A stretch of DNA of 64,000 nt from Vicugna vicugna (taxonomy: Eukaryota). Below, piece after piece: positions 12,437-26,559 of this stretch (positions within the stretch are counted from its first letter, which is position 1; every line of letters begins with the position of its first letter). The stretch lies in contig MU057930.1 of the NCBI GenBank assembly GCA_013265495.1, forward strand, positions 1,504,057-1,568,056, written 5' to 3'. Under the pieces are notes generated by a model. The model was not told the DNA's origin, did not search any database, and worked only from the letters and a program-made list of their open reading frames with translations. The position numbers and the translations under genes were made by a program.

Positions 12437-15143
12437 AAGGTAGTATCATATCCACACATGTAGGAAAAGCAGTTGACAAAAATGCAACACAAAGTCATGA
12501 TAAAAGCTCCTAGTAAACTAGGAATGAAAGGGAACGTTCTCAATTTGATAAAGACTGCCTATGAAAAACACAGCTAAGCGTTCTCTCTAAGAACACGTCC
12601 AAAGCCAGAATGTCCACTCTCACCACTTCTTTTCAACGTTGTACTAGAATTCCTTGCTAATGCAATAAGGCAAGAAAAGGAAATAAGAGTTACACAGATT
12701 GTGAAGGAAGACATCAAACTGTCTCTGTATGATATTATGTCTCTGATGACATTATGATCACCTATGTAGAAAATCTAAAATAATTGATTAAAAAAACTCC
12801 TGAAACTAATGGGTGATTATGGCAAAGTTGTAGGATACAAGATTAGCATACAAAAGTCAATTACGTGTCCATATATCAACAACAAACAAATGGAATTTGA
12901 AATAAATAAAATGCCATTATATTAGCACCCCTCAAAACAAAATGGTTTAATATAAATCTATCAAAATATGCACAAGGTCTACATGATGAAAACTACAAAA
13001 CTCTGACGTGTGAAATCAAAGAAAAACTAAATAAATGAGATAGAGTCCATGGTAACAGCTAGGAAGAATGAATACTGTCAAGATAGCAGTTCTTCTTAAT
13101 TTTGCTTACAGATTCAGTGCAATCACAATCACAGTTCTAGCAAGTTATTTTTTATACAAATAGACAAACTGATTCTAAAGTTTATAGGGAGATGCAAAAG
13201 ACCCAGAATAGCAAACACAGTGTTGAAGGAGAATAAAAGTGAAGGACTTAACGCTATCTGACTTCAAGATATATTGTAAAGCTACAGTAATCAAGACAGT
13301 GTGGTACTGGCAAAAGAACAGACGAACAGATCAATGGAACAGGATAGAGAGCCCAGTAACAGAAACTAAAAACACAGTCAACTGATCTTTGGCAAAAAAA
13401 AAAAAACAAAAAAAGGCAATACAATGGAACAAAGACAGTCTCTTCAACAAGCTGTGCTGGGACCACTGGACATCCACTTGCAAAAAAAAAAGCTGAAGGA
13501 GAATAAAAGTGAAGGACTTAATGCTATCTGACTTCAAGATATATTGTAAAGCTACAGTAATAAAGACAGTGTGGTACTGGCAAAAGAACAGACAAACAGA
13601 TCAATGGAACAGGATAGAGAGCCCAGTAACAGAAACTAAAAACACAGTCAACTGATCTTTGGCAAAAAAAAAAAAACAAAAAAAGGCAATACAATGGAAC
13701 AAAGACAGTCTCTTCAACAAGCTGTGCTGGGACCACTGGACATCCACTTGCAAAAAAAAATAATAAATTTAGATACACACCTGATACCCTTCACAAAAAT
13801 TACCTCAAAGTGCATAACAGACATAAATGCCAAAAGCAAAACTATAAAACTCCTAGGCGATAACAAGGGAGAAAAAACCCAGAAGACCTCGGGTAAAGCG
13901 ATGTCTTTTTAGATACGAGATCAAAGACAAAATTCATGAAAGAAGTAAGTGACAAGCTGGACATCACAGAATTAAATAAAAACTTCTACTCTGTGAAAGA
14001 CAATGTGAAGATGATGAGAAGACAGATCAAAGACTCAGAGAAAATATTTGCAGAAGACACACCGTCTAAAGGACTGTTATCAGAAATGTACCAAGATCTC
14101 TTAAAACTCAACAATAAGAAAGCAAACAACCTGATTAAAAAAGGAGCCACAGACCTTCACAGGCATCTCACCAGGGAACATTTAAAGATGGCTATAAAAA
14201 TATGCACAGATGCTCCAGACCATATGTCATCAGGGAAATGCAAATTAAAATAAAAATAAGAGAACTTGACACATCTGTTGAGAATGGCCAAAATCCAGAA
14301 AACTGACAGAATCAAATGTTGGCAAAGATTTAGAGTAACAGAAGCTCTCATAAATTGCTGGTTGGAATAAAAGATGGTACGGCCACTCTGGGAGACAGTT
14401 TGGTGGTTTTCCTATAAATCTAAACATATTCTTACCATAAGACGCAATGATCACACTTCTTGGTGTGTAACCACAGGACTTGATCACTTATGTACACACA
14501 GAAACTTATGCACATGGGTATTTACAGCAGCTTTATTCATAATTGCCAAAACTTGGGGAAAACCAAGAAGCCCCTTAGTAAGTTATTGGATAAATAAACT
14601 GTGCTAGATTTAGCCAATGGAATACTATTTACTACTCAAAAGAAATGAGCCATAAAAAGACATGGAGGAATCTTAAATGCATATGACTCAGTGAAAGAAG
14701 CCTGTGTGAGAAGGCTCCATAATGCAGGATTCCCACTAGATGACATGCTGGAGGATGCAAAATGATGGACACAGTAAAAAGAGCAGTGGTTTCCAGACGT
14801 TAGGGGGGAGAGAGAAATTTGTAGGGCACAGAGGTTTTTGTTTTTGTTTTTGTTTAGGGCAGTGAACATATTCTGAATGACACTGCAATGATGGATACAT
14901 GTCATTATGCATGGTCTAAACCCATGGAAGGTACACCACCAGGAGTGATTCCTAAGATAAACTGTGGATTTGGGGTGACTATGATGTGTCAGTGTAGGTT
15001 CATTCTTGGCAAGAATGCACCACTCTGGTCGGTGATGCTGTTATCAGCGGAGGCTTGAGGTATATGGGAAACCACTTGTCTCTCTCTCAAAGTTTTTTGT
15101 AAACCTAAAACTGCTCTAAAAAATAAAGTCTTAAAAAAAAAAA
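12437..15143 (+). mobile_element. Old LINE-1 (L1MC-like 3'UTR), 5'-truncated, ORF2 pseudogenised
   Basis: ORF2-like peptides in ORFs 13694, 13936 and 14374 (e.g. FTAALFIIAKTWGKPRSP); ends aaacctaaaactgctctaaaaaataaagtc plus A-tail. Confidence 0.9.
13224..13760 (+). repeat. Tandem duplication inside L1 ORF2, period 270 bp
   Basis: tgaaggagaataaaagtgaaggactta...catccacttgcaaaaaaaaa starts at 13224 and 13494; 3 substitutions seen. Confidence 0.97.
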
Positions 15144-17219
15144 GAGAAAACTATTCTACATCAGTAGCAAATGCTGTTTTACTATAAGCATTGCTATAAT
15201 TTTTGTTTTTATATTTTACATAAAGGTTTGTCAACCAAAAAGCCACTATCTAAGCCTCTGTCGTTATCAATGTACTCTTAGAATCAGAAGGACAATTTTT
15301 AAAGCAAATGTAGTATTTAATCTACTCTACCAACTTCTTCTACCAACTTACTCTACATGCTTTCTCCTACAAGCCCTTCCAGGACCTGAATACACAGTGG
15401 TGTGGGAAATAAACATGACTGTCCCTTTGAGAAACTAGCGTATTTGATTAATCATGTAAATGACGATGTGCCATCTAATGCCAGATTCTAGAAAGTTCTA
15501 TAATGGAGGGAAAGACAGAGTATGAATGTTTCCTTGGTTTTGGTTGATGGTCACAACGTCCTGTAACAGTTCTGGAGGGTGTTCCACACACATGCGCATA
15601 CACACACATGGTTGGAAGCTGGCTGAACAAGAGGAGAAGGCAAAATCTTGGGGAAATGAGTGGAAAAAGTGATTGGAAGTGACCCTGCAGCCTCTCCTGC
15701 TTCCTTACTCTGCCACATGGATGCCACATGCAGTAGTTCGACGCTTGTTCTTGACTGTAACAGAAAAGCATTGAGGGGGTTTAAACAGAAGAGATCCTCA
15801 GATTTCTGCAGAGAACAGATCGTAGGAGTCAAAATGCAAGACGTATGGATGAGTAAGAAGGCTCTGAGGACGTCCAGGCAGGTGATGGTGGTCGTGATAG
15901 ACATGGAATTCAAGGAAGGTTTGCTTTCCACATAGACAGGACACAATTAGTTAAAGTAGTTATTGTGATGTGAGACACCATGAATCTAAGTATGGACACC
16001 TCCGTTTCAGCGACACCTCCCAGAGCTAAGACCTGTCACACGTAAATCCAAGCAGTGAGCGGCCTTCGACGTTTCTCGGTTACCGTGAATGCAATGGTCT
16101 GAACCCAGTGGTGGTTTGCATATCCAAATACAACACATCACATTCTCTCTCCAAGGTCAGAAAAGAACACACAGATTCCTTATTTAATACACTCATTTCT
16201 TATTCTCCCCCAAGGACAATGTTGTGTCCTGACTTCTGTGTACTATCAAGTCAAATTCCACATCCTTCCTGCTGACCATATGCTCACAGAACACAGGAAA
16301 CTCCTGGTATCTCCAACCCTGCCCCCTATGTGGGTGTCTGAGATTTGTTTGTTGGGCTTCAGTTGGGTGGGGAGTACAATTGCCTTGATTACCCCTACTT
16401 TCTCTCCATAGTCGATGATAAGACTTGTTCCTTCCAGTCAACAAGTAGCTTTTCTGGAAAACCCACATGGTGTTTTGAAAACCCACACTGTGTTTCTTAA
16501 GCTCTACCTTTCTACCTAATCCATCACATGCATAAAACATTCTGTCTTCACATCTTGTCTCTGCCACTAGAAATAAACCTCTGTTAAAGCAGTCTCAAAA
16601 TTTAAATTTGTCTTTATGCTCTCAAAATGTTCTGTATTCTCTGGCCCACCCGGGGGAGGGGGAGCTATCCATGAGTAACCTCGATCCTGAATACAGGGAG
16701 GTATTTAATCTTTCTAATGAGGGAGGCTTAAAAATAAATTTGTGCCATTTGAATATATAAATATTTAGGGAATTAGATGAAATGATCAAATCCTTAATTA
16801 AGCAGCATGTATTTGAATGTAATATGAAACAATATCTTAATTTAGAAACACTACGTTCTCTCCTCTATACTTTGTGACATGATTTTATGCACTTTTCAGT
16901 GCATTTTCAGACAAGGTCTCCTTCAGCACAAGGATAGCCAAATACAGCACTTCATAAGACACCAAATTCATTTCCATCTAAGGAATACTTGAGGTCAAGC
17001 AGATTTTGCATGATGCCATGATTGGAAATTTTATTGTAAGGCACGTGTGCCCATTTTTATACCATTAGGACTTCATTTTTCCATTCTATTGATACGTGCA
17101 GAATTAATCCTACAAATAATGCATTTACTATATGGGTTCTAAAATGGATTTAGAATGTTTAAAAGTCACTTGGATATTTTCATGCCCTCAGGAAAAAATG
17201 TTAAATTAGTTAATAGGGT

Positions 17220-17590
17220 GCATATATATGTATATACACACACACAAATATTGATATATATTACTATAAACTACATAGTGTTTATGTACATATACAGTTG
17301 TGTATTACTATATATTATTAGTATGTATATATTCATTATTAGTAATAACATAAGACTATATAAAATTATGTACAGTATACATCCATTAGTAATAACTAAT
17401 ATACATTAATTAGTGATACATAAAACTACACACATTAGTAATATATACATTGATATATACTTATATATGACTATATATTAGTAATATATTAGTTATTAGT
17501 AATGATATGTAAAACTATACAATTATACATATTATATACAATGATAAATAATTGGTAATAAATAAAACTTATGAGTTATTAGTACATATT
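17220..17590. repeat. AT-rich low-complexity tract (TA-derived, recurring attagta)
   Basis: Directly visible. Confidence 0.85.
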
Positions 17591-20500
17591 TGAGGCTCAT
17601 GTGCCTTCTTTGGAGATTGTGTGAGTATTCGAAATAAAGTTATTAGGAGATGGTTAATCTATAATAAAGTTATTAAGAGATGGTTAAGAGGTGGTTATAT
17701 CAGTTCGCTATCGCTGTGTAACAAATTGGCCCTTTTTCCTTTTCTAGGGGAACCCTGAAAACAATCAGCGAATTACTGAACATCCCTGTGTTGATGCTCC
17801 AATTTGTGGATCAAAGACCCATCACAGGCCAGTTTAGAAAATGACGCTTCTGCCCTGTCCAATCCATCACTGCTCCCCAGGGACCAACTGTTAACTTGAC
17901 CAGCTCTCTCCCCATTTCATCCCCGTCTGCAACACTTGGTGCAGGAGAGAGAAACCAGGAGATGCAAGGTGGTTGTGCTTCCTTTCCCTTGAGTCCCGTC
18001 TCCCCTGCTTTAATGGTCTCTCCTCTGGGGAAAACACCCTTCGACATCCAAGCCTGCAGCACAGTGAAATCTTCCCTTCCCTGTTGATATCCTTACTGAC
18101 TTTGGTGCATAGGGATTTCTTTATTCCTCTTATGGGGGCTCACTGTAGAGGCAGTCTGTCTGATGGATTAGTGTTTCACTGACACGGATGCCCCCTGGTA
18201 TTGGCTTTGGATGTGGAAAAGGTTTGGAACAGGCGGGTCCCACCAGCAGGTGCCTGGGATGTGCGTGGGTGAGTGATGGAACAAAAAAATAGAGGTTCTC
18301 TGCTCCTTCAAAAGCAAACACTCCAGTGACTCCACAGTTTTGCTTTAAAGTGATTTTTCTGAGTGTTGAGACAAACCGCACGTTAACTCAAGAAGGAGAA
18401 CCAGGTACATGGTCTTGTAATATCTATGCACAGTGACCTATTACCTCAGATGCTTATGACCTTGCCACTTTAGCCTCAGAACCTTCCTTCCTTCGATTTT
18501 CCTCCAGAGAGATCTCGTCGACTGTGTTTCAGAGAATCTTTTTTCCCATAAAATCTCCTGTGGTACCACCATGCAGTAGCTCAAAGATGGCCATGTCACA
18601 TGATGTGAGCCTTTGAAATTTAGATATAATGGAAGCAAGGGAAACCCAGTATCTCTAGACTTCCAACTTTAGTATAAAGTTTTTTGGGGGTGAAAAATAG
18701 GAATCTAGGTGGTTCACAACTTTGATCTGAACAGTGTGATATTCGACCATCTTTTCCAGGTCATTCTGCAAGCTACTGCCACGGGCGATATGTGAATGTG
18801 CAGCACTTGAGTGCTGCTCTGAGTCTTGCCACCAGCATGGGAATTCGGGGACCTCTGGGTACAAGCTCACTCTGCTGGCTGCTCAGTGGCGGCCAAGCAA
18901 AGGTGCCCTAGAGTGTCCCCCCATCCAGAGGCAGCCTCCAAGCCCAGGGAGACAGGACGAGATTCGTGCCAGAAGCCAGCCCAGCTCCTCATAGCATGCA
19001 CGACATCTCTGGGCGAAGTCAGTCAGCAACACTGTCACCCCAGCTACCAATTCCTGTGATTTCTGTTAATCACAGCCTTTGAATGCCAATTTAGGCTCCG
19101 AGGCAGTAGTTTATAATTAAGTCAAAACCCTAATTTCTTTTTTCACAATTCTCTTTCTCCAACTCAAGAAAACTAGCACATGGAAATGCAAGAGTGTTTT
19201 GTTTTTTTTTTTTCAGGGTGATTACTTTGACCTTGCTCTGATTATAGGGGAAAAAAAGGTGGACAGGTTGATTCTAGTTAATTATTGAAAAAAAATCTCA
19301 AAATTGTTTGCAATACAGGAGGCTTTCCAACCTGGGTTTGAAAACCCAGAAACCAGTAATTTCAAGTAAGAATTCTTGGACAGCATGGCACAGATGTTAT
19401 AGGTGAGAAAGAGCTTGCGTGTACAAATATTTGAGGGGGCAATGATGGCAAACTTTGCTGGAATGAAGCGTACATCTTTCTTATCCGAGGATTTTTTCAC
19501 CAGCTTATATAGAGGACATTTATTTTGTCCTGTAGGAAATGTACGTATAATATTCAGCTCTCCGGATTAACCATCTCATAGGACAGTTTTATGTTTTCTG
19601 TCCCTGATGCTCTGAGAGTGGCTAACAGTGGTCTATATCCCTCTTTTGATGAAGCCATTAAAATGTAGGAAAAGGGAGATGTTACAGGGTCTTCAGTTTC
19701 ATTTTGTGGAAAACGCAGAGCCTCGGATACGATGCTTACTTCTGTGCAGTCTGCTGCCTCAAGATGCCTGGAGACCGTCTCAAAGGGGCACCTGCTCCAC
19801 ATCTGTTAAAATTGGATCGATAATACTTAGCTTTCTAGGTCCAATGCCTGTGTAAGCTCTAATCCATTTTTTCTGTATGTCACCTACATAATCTATCAAT
19901 GGATCGAGAGGAGAAAGATGTGGGCACTGAGTACGCTAATATTAATTTTACCAACTTGGAAGCAAACATGGGAGAACACCGAGAAAGCATTTTGATGGAT
20001 GAAAGCAGAATGCGATGCACTGTATTGTTTCAGTGATCTCCCTGCCCCCACCCTACGGCACACAGGTGTCTTTTCAACCACATTGTTATGAATCGCACCT
20101 TGCATTTCTGCTCAAGCCGCTGGCAGCACTAACAGTGAAACTGGGAGATGCCTTTTTTATATCCAGACTCAGTTCACCTTCCACTCTTGTGACTGGGGGG
20201 CTCAATGAGAAGGCTTCTCAGTGATGTAACTTTTGGATGGTAAGTGTTTACAAAGTTACAGTAGCAAGCATCAGGGTACTTACAGTTACACTGAAGAAGC
20301 CATGTCACATGTCACCAACACGTTCTTTCCGCTACAGTAACCACACCATCCTCCACCGGCGGGCGGGTGTGGAAAATTACTTTTGAATAAGTCATAAGGT
20401 CACACTGCCCACGAGCCTGTGGACATTTAAATTTTGGATATGAAATCCAAAGGAGGAATTTTGGAAAGTGAAGGAAAAATAAAGAAAACAACTTTTATAT

Positions 20501-22814
20501 GGTTTTGTGTTCTTGTATGCAGTCTGGTCATGCAGAATGACGTTGATATGTTCATGGTGACTGATTTAGTTTCTTTCTTTCCGTTGAATTTTAGGTATGC
20601 GTTTATGCAGGTCTGATGAAAATTAGATGTAACTGAGGCACCGAGGCAGATACAACAAAATAGAACACGTATGAACTAAGATATGACTGGACACGTTTTC
20701 ATATGAAAAACATATCTTCTAATCACGATGTGCTAATGATTGCCAAGGTAACCTATCCCCCGAAACACAGAGTTACACGGACAATGGCTTCGAGTCATAA
20801 CTCACTTTAAAGGCATTTCAAAATTATAGTCATCGCATTACTTGTATAAAGCTGCCTCTCTTCCTCTCAGAATATGTCACCATCATCCAAATGATCAGAC
20901 GGAAAAGCGCATCACCCGAGACTCCTTTCTTTGCTCTGCTGCCACACCGACCCTCCACGGGTCCCCGGTCTGTAACATGGGCTCAGTTAAAGTTCTGCAG
21001 ACGGAACATGTGTGCTGGTGCGAGCGGAACAGCAGACCCCACGTGCTCTCCCAACCCAGTGACGCGGGGTCGGCGTGACAAATGCTTTGAGGAACGGCCA
21101 AGGCTGTAATCGCAGGATGGAGAAGCCACAGGACCAAAGGCACAAGAAGAAACAACACAAAGAATTCACAGAAGGAGTCAGGAAGTCCTGGCCACAAGAC
21201 TCGTGCACGCGGGGATTCCAAACCACGCCGGCTATTCTCTGTCACATTCTTTTCGTATTTTTTTTTTTTAAGTTGCTCTATCAGTGTCTTTAAATGGAGA
21301 ATCACCTTTCCAAAAGTTCCAACAGACGTCAAGAGTAGGAAGAAAAAAAGAAAAAGGAAAAGAAAAAAAAAAGAGTAGGAAGAAAAGAAATCATTCTAAA
21401 GGTTAAAAATCAACACACACACAAATTATCTAGAGCTCATGGGAGATCTTCAAAAAATCAAAAATTCTTCAGTTGGCTCTTATAATACCCAACACGCGAT
21501 TCTTGGTTCTGAGTGCGAATCCCAGACACGCCTGTGTGTGTGAACGGAACGCCGTCATCTGTGATTTACCAGGACCCATCGTCTCGTGTTGTTTGATCTT
21601 AGCAACTCTAGCAAACAGCTCAGATAGAGCCAGCAGTAGCAGTAACACTATTGTTCATGTCATAACTCACTTTATAGGCATTTTAAAGTTTCCTGCTGAG
21701 GATAATCAGACGAGCAAATCCAGTTAAGTAGCTCCAGTCCACACTGGTGGCCAGGAAGAAAACGATCCCTGAGTCGTCCGCACAGGCTCCCTGTGGGATC
21801 ACAGACACCCTGCTGGCTATGGCTTAACCCCCCGCCCCGTGTCCAATGCGACGGGGGCTGCCATCAGATACTGACCCAGCCCCAATGTTTGCAAACAAAG
21901 CAGGAAAATGCATAAACTTGAGATGATTTGAAGCATCCCTGGTTGGCACATTAATCACCTGTTTTACAATTTTTTGAATATAACATGGAGAAGGTCTATT
22001 CCCACGCAAATTCTGTGTCAAGTCAGCGTCAAAAGTAAAGACTTTTCTCTCCTTTCTGTGACATATGAAAGCATCCCTGATAGACAAAAAACCACAAAAC
22101 GATCCCAAAGAGCAATGTTTTGCCAAAGACACAGTATCCCCTTTAGGACAGATGTGTCAGCGCTTTATGAAATGTGATCAGAGTCACTCCTTTTTGTCCT
22201 AAATCCACAGCATCCTAAAAATAAATTACAAACTAGGCTGTCGTATTGAGGCCAAATTCCTTCTTTCCTTTTGGACTGAATTATTTGCCTTGGCTACTTG
22301 CCTCGGGGCTGGGGAGGGGGGGGGCGGTATTCACAAAGCCAGTGAAGATCTGACACCATTATGTCAAAAGTGAGGGTCGAGAAATTACTTCCTTCTGCCT
22401 GCCTGCTTCCCGCTTTTCAACATTTACTTAATTAACATGATTAATCATATTACTTATAAATGATATGCCTGTAATTAATTAGATTTGAACGACCCAGGAT
22501 GTAAGTGAGCGAGTCATGATGCTTGTGTAGATGTAAAGACGGTTAAGTGTGCACTGCACAGAACTCGAGGGTAAATTTATCCTCAAGGTGTTTTCTCGGT
22601 GTCTTAATGCAGGAACAGCACCGTGCATTTCTAGAGGGCTGGAGTGGACCAACTGTGGTTACTGAGTGCAACACCCACCTCTGATGTGGGCAGACCAGTG
22701 ATCTCTGCACCCGAGAGCCACGGCCTGCCAGCAGGGATCTGACTAATAACACAGAATGGGACAGACATATTTGAACTCAGGTCCTCAAGTTTCCACTCTT
22801 CCAAGCTGGCTTCT

Positions 22815-23010
22815 GTTTTTTCTTTAAATAAACTTTCAGTTTTGGAATAATTTTCATATTTGCAGAACAGGTACCGGGCCAGTACAGGGAGTTCCCATTT
22901 ATAACCTCCAACCAGCTCCTCCAGTGTTAACATCTGGTAATGACCATGGTTCTTTGGTCAAAGCTAAGACCCGAAGCTTGGGACCGCACTGTGCACGAGA
23001 CTCCAGTTTT
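22815..23010 (-). mobile_element. Old L1 3' terminal fragment, antisense
   Basis: ttttggaataattttcatatttgcagaa...gtacagggagttcccat...gttaacatc...ggtcaaagctaaga. Confidence 0.6.
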
Positions 23011-23428
23011 ACTGGACTCATGTTTTCTTAAACATTTAAAGATGCACCAGGCACCTAGGCTATGCCAGGTTGCTACTTGAGGTGTGTTTTCTAGATAAAT
23101 TGTCAGTTAATCGTCTCAGCATTGGGTGGCTTGCAATTAAGACCCAGGATCCAAAGAAGAGAGGATCATCCAATCAGAAGGATGTATGAACCCTGTATCC
23201 CTGGGGTGTTGACATTTTTAATTGTGAGCAAAGTATGTTTGCTGCTGGATCTGTTCCCTTTTCATTCTTGGTCTGATGGAAGCGGATTAGAGATTATATT
23301 TAGACCCTCAACCACCAGTAAAGATACTCACGTACCTAAAGTGTCAGCGTTGAGCTGGTTGGATTATTACAGCAAGGAACTGGTATGTGATGTTCATGTG
23401 TCCAACTGAAACAAGAATATTTCCTGGG

Positions 23429-24355
23429 CAATCCCGCTCCTGGGCACATATCCAGAAGGAATTCTAATTTCAAAAGACACCTGCACCCCAGTGTTCATAG
23501 CAGCACTATTTACAATAGCCAAGACATGGAAACAGCCTAAATGTCCATCGACAGATGACTGGATAAAGAAGAGGTGGTATATTTATACAATGGAATACTA
23601 CTCAGCCATAAAAAGGGATGAAATGATACCATTTGCAGCTACATGGAGGGACCTGCAGATGATCATTCTAAGTGAAGTAAGTCAGACAGAGAAAGTCAAA
23701 TATCATATGATATCACTTATATGTGGACTCTAAAGGAACAGTACACATAAACTTATTCACAAAATGGAAACAGACTCACAGACATAGAAACAAACATGGT
23801 TACCAGGGAAACAACCTAAGTGTCCACTGATGGATGACTGGATAAAGAAGAGGTGGTATATTTATACAATGGAATACTACTCAGCCATGAAAATGACACC
23901 ATGATGCCATTTGCAGTAACATGGATGTTCCTGGTAAATGTCATTCTAAGTGAAGTAAGCCAGAAAGAGAAAGAAAAATACCATATGAGATCGGTCATAT
24001 GAGGAATCTAAAAATAAATAAATAAATACATACATACATACAAAACAGAAATAGACTCATAGACATAGAATACAGACTTGTGGTTGCCAAGAAGGTGGGG
24101 AGTGGGAAGGGACAGACTGGGATTTCAAAATGTAGAATAGATAAACAAGATTATACTGTCTAGCACAGGGAAATACAGACAAGATCTTGTGGCAGCTCAC
24201 AGTGAAAAAAAAATGTGACAATGAATATTTGTGTGTTCATGTATAACTGAAAAACTGCTCTACAGTGGAATTTGACACAACATTGTAAAATGACTATTAC
24301 TCAATAAAAAAAAAGTGAATAAATAAATAAATAAATAAACCCCTCCCACCCAAAA
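23429..24355 (+). mobile_element. Composite young L1 3' insertion with 16-bp TSD
   Basis: ORF2 C-terminus ([26 protein letters not shown]...YHMISLICG); flanked by aagaatatttcctggg (23413-23428) and aagaatacttcctggg (24356-24371). Confidence 0.92.
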
Positions 24356-26375
24356 AAGAATACTTCCTGGGTAAACTTTAAGAGACGGTAGAGAGTGACT
24401 GAAATCACAGAACAGTTGAAACCATGTCTTTAGACTCTGAACACCTTAGCATAAATGAGTACCCACTCAAGGCTCTCTGGGTAAACCTAACGTAGACGTG
24501 GACGGCCGTGCTTGGCAGCTGTGTTATAATGAGCAGGGACAGGTTTCCTGAGGGAGTTTTTGTAAATCCTCAACACACCACAAAGATAGCATTCACCGAT
24601 GACCTCTTCATAGAAAAAAAATCTATTTTATTGAGCTGTATTTTTAAAAGGTGATGTTCCCTGAGGGTAACAATCCCACATTTCAAAGACAATGCTGTTT
24701 GTCTTTATCCATATGACTTCTCTTATAACCAGTCTGAGTGGACACTCATCACAACTCAGGAAGGCAGGCTTTCTAAAGGTCACTGGACAATGTACGCGTG
24801 GAAATCTATTTAGGGGTAAATCCGTGCGCCAGCTCCTAAAATCAACCATTACCGAACCACCAGAAGTGCTGTATTAAAACCCAAGAACCAGCGATTGGTT
24901 TAAACTAAAAATTTCATCGTTTTCAGAGTATCAGCTTGATCTCTGACATAACACCGTTTCCTAGTTCAGGATTATACATTCAAAACTTCATCTCTTTTAA
25001 AGACAGAACAAGATTTGCTCCTCCAATAGTTTCTCCAACTGCACTGCTGTGCTGGGAAAGAGAGTTTGGTTAAAAATACCAGAAGTCCTCTGGAGATGGA
25101 TTAAGGAAAGCGGAAATGAATGTATTTTAAGGGTACACCCCCCCCCCACAAAACCTGTGATGAAATATCTGTATTGCTGATTGTTCCATTCATTATAAAA
25201 GGTTATAAACCGACCAAAGGACCCCTAACATAAACTTATTTGACAAACATCTGGACAGCTTTGCAGACCTCACCTTAATCCCATCGCCGAAACCAAAGGC
25301 TGCATTTTAACTGTCATTTACTTGGTTTTTGAGTCAGGTTCTAATGCTTTTGCTCTGTTTTTCAAATTTATTTTGTTTTTTAAATTATATCGCAGTCCCA
25401 GGAGGAACGTTCAATAATGTTTAACGCAGACACACAACCCAATCCCTGTGACTCAAATATTGGTTTTCGTTATCATCTTTCGAAAGGCTGTGAAAACCAC
25501 AACTTGAAAAAAAAAAATCTGACTTGGCCACCTATTTTTACCCAAGTAAAATCTTGATTTTTTTATCTTTTTCTTTTTTTTCTTCTTGCATGTTCATGCA
25601 TGCCGCTGGTTCCTAGGAGAGGATGACCGTTTTGTAACTCCTAGAGGACAGAGGAGAGAAGTTTTTCTTACCTCCTTGCTGTCACACATTATGGAGAAAG
25701 AAGGGCCTTTGCTGGTAACATGCCTGCCTACCTGGGATATCTGCTCTGGTTGATTTTCTCAGTAAATATCCTCCCCCAATGCAACCACAGTTATTTCCTG
25801 TTGTTAAAACGCACCTAAAATATCTCACGCGTTGTTAGCCGCCACTGCAGAGGACTGACACGTTTTGACAACTACCTATTTGCTGATTTCAGAATTTACA
25901 TTGTGCGTGACAAATACACGTTAAGATATTAGGTTTTTCTGTTCTTTCACTCAGCTCTTTCTCTTTTCCATACGTGTTAATTTTCTGGTTCAGGCCAGGG
26001 AGCCAGATTCTGGCTTAGTCCCCACGAGAAGTTATGGGTCACATACAGAATCCCATGAGTGGGCAGGAGGCAAAGGCTGGGGTTTCTACCCACTTTCATA
26101 GGTGGAAAACCACATCCCAGGGGCAGATGCAGATCCACAGATATCACACATTTTGAGCGCTCATTAGAATTTGTAAGAAATGACTTTACCATAGACAAGC
26201 CTAGATCATCCTGCTTGCAAGAGACTTAGAAAATTTCTCTCCACCCATTGTTAGACAAGGTTCTCATTAAACAAATAAAATTGTGCAGTGCCATGATTCA
26301 TTAACGAGTTGCCTCTGTCATCAAGAAAAATCAGTCAAATTGTCCAAGGACTGGATTTAAACATGATCCAACGGT

Positions 26376-26535
26376 GGAGGAGGGTGGTATAGCTTAGTGG
26401 GAGAGTGTGTGCTCAGCATGCAGGAGGTCCTAGGTTCAATCCCCAGTGCCTCTATTAAATAAATAAATAGATAAATGAATAAATAAACCTAATTACCAAG
26501 CCCCTCCAAAAATAAAAAACAAAAAAAAATTTTAA
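26376..26535 (+). mobile_element. tRNA-Ala-derived SINE (Vic-1-like), left monomer of dimer
   Basis: A box tagcttagtgg, B box ggttcaatcc, tail aaataaacctaattacc plus A-rich end. Confidence 0.88.
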
Positions 26536-26559
26536 AACTAATTCATGTCCAACAGAACC

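Noticed and set aside
18238..18256. CTCF-like motif ccaccagcaggtgcc
   Set aside because: Partial match only, which is expected by chance in 64 kb.
19282..19530. Minus-strand exon after tttcctacag (GQNKCPLYKLVKK...)
   Set aside because: No convincing donor and no recognisable peptide.
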